Positions 12,001 through 24,000 of a stretch of DNA of 64,000 nt are shown here, in pieces (within the stretch, counting starts at the first letter, position 1; each line of letters begins with the position of its first letter). This stretch comes from Mobula hypostoma (taxonomy: Eukaryota). The notes below the pieces were generated by a model. It had not been told where the DNA came from and made no database searches. It was given only the letters and a program-made list of their open reading frames with translations. Made by a program: the position numbers and the translations under genes. The stretch lies in assembly GCF_963921235.1 (NCBI RefSeq), contig NW_026948141.1, positions 1 through 64,000 of the forward strand, read 5' to 3'.

Positions 12001-15000
12001 CGTCTGCGTGTCCGTGTGTGTGTGCGAGTCTGTGCGTGTGTGTCTGCGTGTCCGTGTGTGTGTGCGAGTCTGTGTGTGTGTGTCTGCGTGTCCGTGTGTC
12101 CGTCCGAGTCTGTGCGTGTGTGTCTGCATGTCCGTGTGTGTGTGCGAGTCTGTGTGCGGGTGTGTCTGCGTGTCCGTGTGTCCGTGCGAGTCTGTGCGTG
12201 TGTGTCTGCATGTCAGTGTGTCCGTGCGAGTCTGTGCGTGTGTGTCTGCGTGTCCGTGTGTGTGTGCGAGTCTGTGTGTGTGTGTGTCTGCCTGTCTGTG
12301 CATGTGTGTCTGCGTGTCCGTGTGTGTGTGCGAGTCTGTGCGTGTGTGTCTGCGTGTCCGTGTGTCCGTGCGAGTCTGTGCGTGTGTGTCTGCGTGTCCG
12401 TGTGTGTGTACGAGTCTGTGCGTGTGTGTCTGCGTGTCCGTGTGTGTGTGCGAGTCTGTGCGTGTGTGTCTGCGTGTCCGTGTGTCCGTGCGAGTCTGTG
12501 CGTGTGTGTCTGCCTGTCCGTGTGTGTGTGCTAGTCTGTGTGCGTGTGTGTCTGCGTGTCCGTGTGTGTGTGCTAGTCTGTGTGCGTGTGTGTCTGCGTG
12601 TCCGTGTGTCCGTGCGAGTCTGTGCGTGTGTGTCTGCATGTCCGTGTGTCCGTGCGAATCTGTGCGTGTGTGTCTGCATGTCCGTGTGTCCGTGCGAGTT
12701 TGTGTGTGTGTGTGTCTGCCTGTCTGTGCGTGTGTGTCTGGATGTCCGTGTGTGTGTGTCTGCGTGTCTGTGCGTGTGTGCGAGTCTGTGCGTGTGTGTG
12801 TCTGCGTGTCCGTGTGTGTGTGCGAATCTGTGCGTGTGTGTCTGCGTGTCCGTGTGTGTGTGCGAGTCTGTGCGTGTGTGTCTGCGTGTCCGTGTGTGTG
12901 TGCGAGTCTGTGCGTGTGTTTCTGCGTGTCCGTGTGTGTGTGCGAGTCTGTGCGTGTGTGTCTGCATGTCCGTGTGTGTGTGCGAGTCTGTTCGTGTGTA
13001 TCTGCATGTCCGTGTGTGTGTGCGAGTCTGTGCGTGTGTGTCTGCATGTCCGTGTGTCCGTGCGAGTCTGTGCGTGTGTGTCTGCGTGTCTGTGCGTGTG
13101 TGCGAGTCTGTGTGTGTGTGTGTCTGCGTGTCCGTGTGTGTGTGCGAGTCTGTGCGTGTGTGTGTCTGCGTGTCTGTGTGTGTGTGCTAGTCTGTGTGCG
13201 TGTGTGTCTGCGTGTCCGTGTGTCCGTGCGAGTCTGTGCGTGTGTGTCTGCATGTCCATGTGTCCGTGCGAATCTGTGCGTGTGTGTCTGCATGTCCGTG
13301 TGTCCGTGCGAGTTTGTGCGTGTGTGTGTCTGCCTGTCTGTGCGTGTGTGTCTGCATGTCCGTGTGTGTGTGCGAGTCTGTGCGTGTGTGTGTCTGCGTG
13401 TCTGTGCGTGTGTGCGAGTCTGTGCGTGTGTGTGTCTGCGTGTCCGTGTGTGTGTGCGAGTCTGTGCGTGTGCGTCTGCGTGTCCGTGTGTGTGTGCGAG
13501 TCTGTGCGTGTGTTTCTGCGTGTCCGTGTGTGTGTGCGAGTCTGTGCGTGTGTGTCTGCATGTCCGTGTGTGTGTGCGAGTCTGTGCGTGTGTATCTGCA
13601 TGTCCGTGTGTGTGTGCGAGTCTGTGCGTGTGTGTCTGCATGTCCGTGTGTCCGTGCGAGTCTGTGCGTGTGTGTCTGCGTGTCTGTGCGTGTGTGCGAG
13701 TCTGTGTGTGTGTGTGTCTGCGTGTCCGTGTGTGTGTGCGAGTCTGTGCGTGTGTGTCTGCGTGTCCGTGTGTGTGTGAGGGTCTGTGCGTGTGTGTCTG
13801 CGTGTCCGTGTGTGTGTGCGAGTCTGTGCGTGTGTGTCTGCGTGTCCGTGTGTCCGTGCGAGTTTGTGCGTGTGTGTCTGCGTGTCCGTGTCTGTGTGCG
13901 AGTCTGTGCGTGTGTGTCTGCGTGTCCGTGTGTCCGTGCGAGTTTGTGCGTGTGTGTCTGCGTGTCTGTGTGTCCGTCTGAGTCTGTGCGTGTGTGTCTG
14001 CCTGTCCGTGTGTGTGTGCGAGTCTGTGTGCGGGTGTGTCTGCGTGTCCGTGTGTCCGTGCGAGTCTGTGCGTGTGTGTCTGCATGTCCGTGTGTCCGTG
14101 CGAGTCTGTGCGTGTGTGTCTGCGTGTCCGTGTGTGTGTGCGAGTCTGTGTGTGTGTGTGTCTGCCTGTCTGTGCATGTGTGTCTGCGTGTCCGTGTGTG
14201 TGTGCAAGTTTGTGGGTGTGTGTCTGCGTGTCCGTGTGTGTGTGCTAGTCTGTGTGCATGTGTGTCTGCGTGTCCGTGTGTCCGTGCGAGTCTGTGCGTG
14301 TGTGTCTGCATGTCCGTGTGTCCGTGCGAATCTGTGCGTGTGTGTCTGCATGTCCGTGTGTCCGTGCGAGTTTGTGCGTGTGTGTGTCTGCCTGTCTGTG
14401 CGTGTGTGTCTGCATGTCCGTGTGTGTGTGCGAGTCTGTGCGTGTGTGTCTGCGTGTCTGTGCGTGTGTGCGAGTCTGTGCGTGTGTGTGTCTGCGTGTC
14501 CGTGTGTGTGTGCGAGTCTGTGCGTGTGTGTCTGCGTGTCCGTGTGTGTGTGCGAGTCTGTGCGTGTGTATCTGCGTGTCCGTGTGTGTGTGCGAGTCTG
14601 TGCATGTGTGTCTGCATGTCCGTGTGTGTGTGCGAGTCTGTGCGTGTGTATCTGCATGTCCGTGTGTGTGTGCGAGTCTGTGCGTGTGTGTCTGCATGTC
14701 CGTGTGTCCGTGCGAGTCTGTGCGTGTGTGTCTGCGTGTCTGTGCGTGTGTGTCTGTGTGTCCGTGTGTGTGTGAGGGTCTGTGCGTGTGCGTCTGCGTG
14801 TCCGTGTGTGTGTGCGAGTCTGTGCGTGTGTGTCTGCGTGTCCGTGTGTGTGTGCGAGTCTGTGTGTGTGTGTCTGCGTGTCCGTGTGTCCGTCCGAGTC
14901 TGTGCGTGTGTGTCTGCGTGTCCGTGTGTGTGTGCGAGTCTGTGTGCGGGTGTGTCTGCGTGTCCGTGTGTCCGTGCGAGTCTGTGCGTGTGTGTCTGCA

Positions 15001-18000
15001 TGTCAGTGTGTCCGTGCGAGTCTGTGCGTGTGTGTCTGCGTGTCCGTGTGTGTGTGCGAGTCTGTGTGTGTGTGTGTCTGCCTGTCTGTGCATGTGTGTC
15101 TGCGTGTCCGTGTGTGTGTGCGAGTCTGTGCGTGTGTGTCTGCGTGTCCGTGTGTGTGTACGAGTCTGTGCGTGTGTGTCTGCGTGTCCGTGTGTGTGTA
15201 TGAGTCTGTGCGTGTGTGTCTGCGTGTCCGTGTGTGTGTGCGAGTCTGTGCGTGTGTGTCTGCGTGTCCGTGTGTCCGTGCGAGTCTGTGCGTGTGTGTC
15301 TGCCTGTCCGTGTGTGTGTGCTAGTCTGTGTGCTTGTGTGTCTGCGTGTCCGTGTGTGTGTGCTAGTCTGTGTGCGTGTGTGTCTGCGTGTCCGTGTGTC
15401 CGTGCGAGTCTGTGCGTGTGTGTCTGCATGTCCGTGTGTCCGTGCGAATCTGTGCGTGTGTGTCTGCATGTCCGTGTGTCCGTGCGAGTTTGTGTGTGTG
15501 TGTGTCTGCCTGTCTGTGCGTGTGTGCGAGTCTGTGCGTGTGTGTGTCTGCGTGTCCGTGTGTGTGTGCGAATCTGTGTGTGTGTGTCTGCGTGTCCGTG
15601 TGTGTGTGCGAGTCTGTGCGTGTGTGTCTGCGTGTCCGTGTGTGTGTGCGAGTCTGTGCGTGTGTTTCTGCGTGTCCGTGTGTGTGTGCGAGTCTGTGCG
15701 TGTGTGTCTGCATGTCCGTGTGTGTGTGCGAGTCTGTTCGTGTGTATCTGCATGTCCGTGTGTGTGTGCGAGTCTGTGCGTGTGTGTCTGCATGTCCGTG
15801 TGTCCGTGCGAGTCTGTGCGTGTGTGTCTGCGTGTCTGTGCGTGTGTGCGAGTCTGTGTGTGTGTGTGTCTGCGTGTCCGTGTGTGTGTGCGAGTCTGTG
15901 CGTGTGTGTGTCTGCGTGTCTGTGTGTGTGTGCTAGTCTGTGTGCGTGTGTGTCTGCGTGTCCGTGTGTCCGTGCGAGTCTGTGCGTGTGTGTCTGCATG
16001 TCCGTGTGTCCGTGCGAATCTGTGCGTGTGTGTCTGCATGTCCGTGTGTCCGTGCGAGTTTGTGCGTGTGTGTGTCTGCCTGTCTGTGCGTGTGTGTCTG
16101 CATGTCCGTGTGTGTGTGCGAGTCTGTGCGTGTGTGTGTCTGCGTGTCTGTGCGTGTGTGCGAGTCTGTGCGTGTGTGTGTCTGCGTGTCCGTGTGTGTG
16201 TGCGAGTCTGTGCGTGTGCGTCTGCGTGTCCGTGTGTGTGTGCGAGTCTGTGCGTGTGTTTCTGCGTGTCCGTGTGTGTGTGCGAGTCTGTGCGTGTGTG
16301 TCTGCATGTCCGTGTGTGTGTGCGAGTCTGTGCGTGTGTATCTGCATGTCCGTGTGTGTGCGCGAGTCTGTGCGTGTGTGTCTGCATGTCCGTGTGTCCG
16401 TGCGAGTCTGTGCGTGTGTGTGTCTGCGTGTCTGTGTGTGTGTGCTAGTCTGTGTGCGTGTGTGTCTGCGTGTCCGTGTGTCCGTGCGAGTCTGTGCGTG
16501 TGTGTCTGCATGTCCGTGTGTCCGTGCGAATCTGTGCGTGTGTGTCTGCATGTCCGTGTGTCCGTGCGAGTTTGTGCGTGTGTGTGTCTGCCTGTCTGTG
16601 CGTGTGTGTCTGCATGTCCGTGTGTGTGTGCGAGTCTGTGCGTGTGTGTGTCTGCGTGTCTGTGCGTGTGTGCGAGTCTGTGCGTGTGTGTGTCTGCGTG
16701 TCCGTGTGTGTGTGCGAGTCTGTGCGTGTGCGTCTGCGTGTCCGTGTGTGTGTGTGAGTCTGTGCGTGTGTTTCTGCGTGTCCGTGTGTGTGTGCGAGTC
16801 TGTGCGTGTGTCTGCATGTCCGTGTGTGTGTGCGAGTCTGTGCGTGTGTATCTGCATGTCCGTGTGTGTGTGCGAGTCTGTGCGTGTGTGTCTGCATGTC
16901 CGTGTGTCCGTGCGAGTCTGTGCGTGTGTGTCTGCGTGTCTGTGCGTGTGTGCGAGTCTGTGTGTGTGTGTGTCTGCGTGTCCGTGTGTGTGTGCGAGTC
17001 TGTGCGTGTGTGTCTGCATGTCCGTGTGTCCGTGCGAGTCTGTGCGTGTGTGTCTGCATGTCCACGTGTGTGTGCGAGCCTGTGCGTGTGTGTGTCTGCG
17101 TGTCTGTGCATGTGTGCGAGTCTGTGCGTGTGTGTCTGCATGTCCGTGTGTCCGTGCGAGTCTGTGCGTGTGTGTCTGCGTGTCCGTGTGTGTGTGAGAG
17201 TCTGTGTGTGTGTGTGTCTGCGCGTCCGTGTGTGTGTGAGAGTCTGTGCGTGTGTGTCTGCACGTCCGTGTGTGTGTGCGAGTCTGTGCGTGTGTGTCTG
17301 CGTGTCCGTGTGTGTGTGCGAGTCTGTGCTTGTGTGTCTGCGTGTCCGTGTGTGTGTGCGAGTCTGTGTGCGTGTGTGTCTGCGTGTCCGTGTATCCGTG
17401 CGAGTCTGTGCGTGTGTGTCTGTGTGTCCGTGTCTCCGTGCGAGTCTGTGCTTGTGTGTCTGCGTGTCCGTGTGTGTGTGCGTTTCTGTGTGCGTGTGTG
17501 TCTGCGTGTCCATGTGTGTGTGGGAGTCTGTGCGTGTGTGTCTGCGTGTCCGTGTGTCCGTGCGAGTCTGTGCGTGTGTATCTGCGTGTCCGTGTGTGTG
17601 TGCGAGTCTGTGCATGTGTGTCTGCTTGTCCGTGTGTGTGTGCGAGTCTGTGCGTGTGTGTCTGCATGTCCGTGTGTCCGTGCGACTCTGTGCGTGTGTG
17701 TGTCTGCCTGTCTGTGCATGTGTGTCTGCATGTCCGTGTGTGTGTGCGAGTCTGTGTCTGTGTGTGTCTGCCTGTCTGTGCATGTGTGTCTGCATGTCCG
17801 TGTGTGTGTGCGAGTCTGTATGTGTGTGTGTCTGCGTGTCCGTGTGTCCGCACGAGTCTGTGCGCGTGTGTCTGCATGTCCGTGTGTGTGTGCGAGTCTG
17901 TGTGTGTGTGCGAGTCTGTGCGTGTGTGCGTGTCCGTGTGTGTGTGCGAGTCTGTGCGTGTGTGTCTGCATGTCCGTGTGTGTGTGCGAGTCTGTGTGTG

Positions 18001-21000
18001 TCTGCGTGACCGTGTGTGTGTGCGAGTCTGTGCGTGTGTGTCTGCATGTCCGTGTGTCCGCGCGAGTCTGTGCGAGTGTGTCTGCATGTCCGTGTGTGTG
18101 TGCGAGTCTGTGTGTGTGTGTCTCTGCGTGTCTGTGTGTCCGTGTGTGTGTGCGAGTCTGTGCGTGTGTGTCTGCGTGTCCGTGTGTCCATGCGAGTCTG
18201 TGTGTGTGTGCCTGCATGTCTGTGCATGCGTGCGAGTCTGTGCGTGTATGTCTGCGTGTCCGTGTGTGCGTGCGAGTCTGTGTGTGTGTGTCTGCGTGTC
18301 CGTATGTGTGTGCGAGTCTGTGTATGTGTGTCTGCGTGTCCGTGTGTCCGTGCGAGTCTGTGCGTGTGTGTCTGCATGTCCGTGTGTGTGTGCGAGTCTG
18401 TGCGTGTGTGTCTGCGTGTCCGTGTGTCCGTGTGAGTCTGTGCGTGTGTGTCTGCGTGTCCATGTGTGTGTGCGAGTCTGTGCGTGTGTGTCTGCATGTC
18501 CGTGTGTGTGTGCGAGTCTGTGCGTGTGTGTCTGCGTGTCCGTGTGTCCGTGCGAGTCTGTGCGTGTGTGTCTGCGTCTCCGTGTGTGTGTGCGAGTCTG
18601 TGCGTGTGTGTCTGCGTGTCCGTGTGTGTGTGCGAGTCTGTGCGTGTGTGTCTGCGCGTCCGTGTGTGTGTGAGAGTCTGTGCGTGTGTGTCTGCGTGTC
18701 CGTGTGTGTGTGAGAGTCTGTGCGTGTGTGTCTGCACGTCCGTGTGTCTGTGCGAGTCTGTGCGTGTGTGTCTGCGTGTCCGTGTGTGTGTGCGAGTCTG
18801 TGGTTGTGTGTCTGCGTGTCCATGTGTGTGTGCGAGTCTGTGCGTATGTGTCTGCGTGTCCGTGTGTGTGTGCGAGTCTGTGCGTGTGTGTCTGCGTGTC
18901 CGTGTGTGTGTGCGAGTCTGTGTGCGTGTGTGTCTGCGTGTCCGTGTGTCCGTGCGAGTCTGTGCGTGTGTGTCTGCATGTCCGTGCGAGTCTGTGCGTG
19001 TGTGTCTGCATGTCCGTGTGTGTGTGCGAGTCTGTGCGTGTGTGTCTGCATGTCCGTGTGTCCGTGCGAGTCTGTGCGTGTGTGTGTCTGCCTGTCTGTG
19101 CATGTGTGTCTGCATGTCCGTGTGTGTGTGCGAGTCTGTGTCTGTGTGTGTCTGCTTGTCTGTGCATGTGTGTCTGCATGTCCGTGTGTGTGTGCGAGTC
19201 TGTATGCGTGTGTGTCTGCGTGTCCGTGTGTGTGTGCGAGTCTGTGCGTGTGTGTCTGCGTGTCCGTGTGTGTGAGCGAGTCTGTGCGTGTGTATCTGCG
19301 TGTCCGTGTGTGTGTGCGAGTCTGTGCGTGTGTGTCTGCATGTCCGTGTGTGTGTGCGAGTCTGTGCGTGTGTGTCTGCATGTCCGTGTGTCCGTGCGAG
19401 TCTGTGCGTGTGTGTGTCTGCCTGTCTGTGCATGTGTGTCTGCATGTCCGTGTGTGTGTGCGAGTCTGTGCGTGTGTGTCTGCCTGTCTTTGCATGTGTG
19501 TCTGCATGTCCGTGTGTGTGTGCGAGTCTGTGTCTGTGTGTGTCTGCCTGTCTGTGCATGTGTGTCTGCATGTCCGTGTGTGTGTGGGAGTCTGTATGTG
19601 TGTGTGTCTGCGTGTCCGTGTGTCCGCGCGAGTCTGTGCGCGTGTGTCTGCATGTCCGTGTGTGTGTGCGAGTCTGTGTGTGTGTGTGTCTGCGTGTCCG
19701 TGTGTGTGTGCGAGTCTGTGCGTGTGTGTCTGCGTGTCCGTGTGTGTGTGCGAGTCTGTGCGTGTGTGTCTGCATGTCCATGTGTCCGTGCGAGTCTGTG
19801 CGTGTGTGTGTCTGCCTGTCTGTGCATGTGTGTCTGCATGTCCGTGTGTGTGTGCGAGTCTGTGTCTGTGTGTGTCTGCTTGTCTGTGCATGTGTGTCTG
19901 CATGTCCGTGTGTGTGTGCGAGTCTGTATGCGTGTGTGTCTGCGTGTCCGTGTGTGTGTGCGAGCCTGTGCGTGTGTGTCTGCGTGTCCGTGTGTGTGAG
20001 CGAGTCTGTGCGTGTGTATCTGCGTGTCCGTGTGTGTGTGCGAGTCTGTGCGTGTGTGTCTGCATGTCCGTGTGTGTGTGCGAGTCTGTGCGTGTGTGTC
20101 TGCATGTCCGTGTGTCCGTGCGAGTCTGTGCGTGTGTGTGTCTGCCTGTCTGTGCATGTGTGTCTGCATGTCCGTGTGTGTGTGCGAGTCTGTGCGTGTG
20201 TGTCTGCCTGTCTTTGCATGTGTGTCTGCATGTCCGTGTGTGTGTGCGAGTCTGTGTCTGTGTGTGTCTGCCTGTCTGTGCATGTGTGTCTGCATGTCCG
20301 TGTGTGTGTGCGAGTCTGTATGTGTGTGTGTCTGCGTGTCCGTGTGTCCGCGCGAGTCTGTGCGCGTGTGTCTGCATGTCCGTGTCTGTGTGCGAGTCTG
20401 TGTGTGTGTGTGTCTGCGTGTCCGTGTGTGTGTGCGAGTCTGTGCGTGTGTGTCTGCGTGTCCGTGTGTGTGTGCGAGTCTGTGCGTATGTGTCTGCGTG
20501 TCCGTGTGTCCGTGCGAGTCTGTGCGTGTGTGTCTGCGTGTCCGTGTGTGTGTGCGAGTCTGTGTGCGTGTGTGTCTGCGTGTCCGTGTGTCCGTGCGAG
20601 TCTGTGCGTGTGTGTCTGCATGTCCGTGCGAGTCTGTGCGTGTGTGTCTGCATGTCCGTGTGTGTGCGCGAGTCTGTGCGTGTGCGTCTGCATGTCCGTG
20701 TGTCCGTGCGTGTCTGTGCGTGTGTGTGTCTGCCTGTCTGTGCATGTGTGTCTGCATGTCCGTGTGTGTGTGCGAGTCTGTGCGTGTGTGTCTGCCTGTC
20801 TGTGCATGTGTGTCTGCATGTCCGTGTGTGTGTGCGAGTCTGTGTCTGTGTGTGTCTGCCTGTCTGTGCATGTGTGTCTGCATGTCCGTGTGTGTGTGCG
20901 AGTCTGTGTCTGTGTGTGTCTGCTTGTCTGTGCATGTGTGTCTGCATGTCCGTGTGTGTGTGTGCGAGTCTGTATGCGTGTGTGTCTGCGTGTCCGTGTG

Positions 21001-24000
21001 TGTGTGCGAGTCTGTGCGTGTGTGTCTGCGTGTCCGTGTGTGTGTGCGAGTCTGTGCGTGTGTATCTGCATGTCCGTGTGTGTGTGCGAGTCTGTGCGTG
21101 TGTGTCTGCATGTCCCTGTGTGTGTGCGAGTCTGTGCGTGTGTGTCTGCATGTCCGTGTGTCCGTGCGAGTCTGTGCGTGTGTGTGTCTGCCTGTCTGTG
21201 CATGTGTGTCTGCATGTCCGTGTGTGTGTGCGAGTCTGTGCGTGTGTGTCTGCCTGTCTTTGCATGTGTGTCTGCATGTCCGTGTGTGTGTGCGAGTCTG
21301 TGTCTGTGTGTGTCTGCCTGTCTGTGCATGTGTGTCTGCATGTCCGTGTGTGTGTGCGAGTCTGTGTGTGTGTGTGTCTGCGTGTCCGTGTGTGTGTGCG
21401 AGTCTGTGCGTGTGTGTCTGCATGTCCGTGTGTCCGCGCGAGTCTGTGCGCGTGTGTCTGCATGTCCGTGTGTGTGTGCGAGTCTGTGTGTGTGTGTCTC
21501 TGCGTGTCTGTGCGTGTGTGCGAGTCTGTGCGTGTGTGTGTCTGCGTGTCCGTGTGTGTGTGCGAGACTGTGCATGTGTGTCTGCGTGTCCGTGTGTCCG
21601 TGCGAGTCTGTGCGTGTGTGTCTGCGTGTCCGTGTGTGTGTGCGAGTCTGTGCGTGTGTTTCTGCATGTCCGTATGTGTGTGCGAGTCTGTGCGTGTGTG
21701 TCTGCGTGTCCGTGTGTCCATGCGAGTCTGTGTGTGTGTGCCTGCGTGTCCGTGCATGCGTGCGAGTCTGCGCGTGTATGTCTGCGTGTCCGTGTGTGCT
21801 TGCGAGTCTGTGTGTGTGTGTCTGCGTGTCCGTGTGTGTGCGAGTCTGTGCATGTGTGTCTGCGTGTCCGTGTGTCCGTGCGAGTCTGTGCGTGTGTGTC
21901 TGCATGTCCGTGTGTGTGTGCGAGTCTGTGCGTGTGTGTCTGCGTATCCGTGTGTCCGTGCGTGTCTGTGCGTGTGTGTCTGCGTGTCCATGTGTGTGTG
22001 CGAGTCTGTGCGTGTGTGTCTGCATGTCCGTGTGTGTGTGCGAGTCTGTGCGTGTGTGTCTGCGTGTCCGTGTGTCCGTGCGAGTCTGTGCGTGTGTGTC
22101 TGCGCCTCCGTGTGTGTGTGCGAGTCTGTGCGTGTGTGTCTGCGTGTCCGTATGTGTGTGCAAGTCTGTGCGTGTGTGTCTGCGCGTCCGTGTGTGTGTG
22201 CGAGTCTGTGCGTGTGTGTCTGTGTGTCCGTGTGTGTGTGCGAGTCTGTGTGCGTGTGTGTATGCGTGTCCGTGTGTCCGTGCGAGTCTGTGCGTGTGTG
22301 TCTGCGCCTCCGTGTGTGTGTGCGAGTCTGTGCGTGTGTGTCTGCGTGTCCGTATGTGTGTGCAAGTCTGTGCGTGTGTGTCTGCGCGTCCGTGTGTGTG
22401 TGCGAGTCTGTGCGTGTGTGTCTGCGTGTCCGTGTGTGTGTGCGAGTCTGTGTGCGTGTGTGTATGCGTGTCCGTGTGTGTGTGCGAGTCTGTGCGTGTG
22501 TGTCTGTGTGTCCGTGTCTCCGTGCGAGTCTGTGCTTGTGTGTCTGCGTGTCCGTGTGTGTGTGCGTTTCTGTGTGCGTGTGTGTCTGCGTGTCCATGTG
22601 TGTGTGGGAGTCTGTGCGTGTGCGTCTGCGTGTCCGTGTGTCCGTGCGAGTCTGTGCGTGTGTGTCTGTATGTCCGTGTGTGTGTGCGAGTCTGTGCGTG
22701 TGTGTGTCTGCGTGTCCGTGTGTGTGTGAGAGTCTGTGCGTGTATGTCTGCATGTCCGTGTGTGTGTGCGAGTCTGTGCATGTGTGTCTGCATGTCCGTG
22801 TGTGTGTGCGAGTCTGTGTGTGTGTGTGTCTGCGTGTCCGTGTGTGTGTGCGAGTCTGTGCGTGTGTGTCTGCATGTCCGTGTGTCCGCGCGAGTCTGTG
22901 CGCGTGTGTCTGCGTGTCCGTGTGTCTGTGCGAGTCTGTACGTGTGTGTCTGCGTGTCCGTGTGTCTGCGCTAGTCTGTGCGCGTGTGTCTGCATGTCCG
23001 TGTGTGTGTGCGAGTCTGTGTGTGTGTGTGTCTGCGTGTCTGTGCGTGTGTGCGAGTCTGTGCGTGTGTGTCTGCGTATCCGTGTGTCCGTGCGTGTCTG
23101 TGCGTGTGTGTCTGCGTGTCCATGTGTGTGTGCGAGTCTGTGCGTGTGTGTCTGCATGTCGTGCGTGTGTGCGAGTCTGTGCGAGTGTGTCTGCGTGTCC
23201 GTGTGTCCGTGAGAGTCTGTGTGTGTGTGTCTGCGCCTCCGTGTGTGTGTGAGAGTCTGTGCGTGTGTGTCTGCGTGTCTGTGTGTGTGTGCAAGTCTGT
23301 GCGTGTGTGTCTGCGCGTCCGTGTGTGTGTGAGAGTCTGTGCGTGTGTGTCTGCACGTCCGTGTGTGTGTGCGAGTCTGTGCGTGTGTGTCTGCGTGTCC
23401 GTGTGTGTGTGCGAGTCTGTGCTTGTGTGTCTGCGTGTCCGTGTGTGTGTGCGAGTCTGTGTGCGTGTGTGTCTGCGTGTCCGTGTGTCCGTGCGAGTCT
23501 GTGCGTGTGTGTCTGTGTGTCCGTGTCTCCGTGCGAGTCTGTGCTTGTGTGTCTGCGTGTCCGTGTGTGTGTGCGTTTCTGTGTGCGTGTGTGTCTGCGT
23601 GTCCGTGTGTGTGTGCGAGTCTGTGCGTGTGTGTCTGCGTGTCCGTGTGTCCGTGCGAGTCTGTGCGTGTGTGTCTGTGTGTCCGTGTCTCCGTGCGAGT
23701 CTGTGCTTGTGTGTCTGCGTGTCCGTGTGTGTGTGCGTTTCTGTGTGCGTGTGTGTCTGCGTGTCCATGTGTGTGTGGGAGTCTGTGCGTGTGCGTCTGC
23801 GTGTCCGTGTGTCCGTGCGATTCTGTGCGTGTGTGTCTGTGTGTCCGTGTGTGTGTGCGAGTCTGTGCGTGTGTGTGTCTGCGTGTCCGTGTGTGTGTGC
23901 GAGTCTGTGCGTGTATGTCTGCATGTCCGTGTGTGTGTGCGAGTCTGTGCATGTGTGTCTGCATGTCCGTGTGTGTGTGCGAGTCTGTGTGTGTGTGTGT

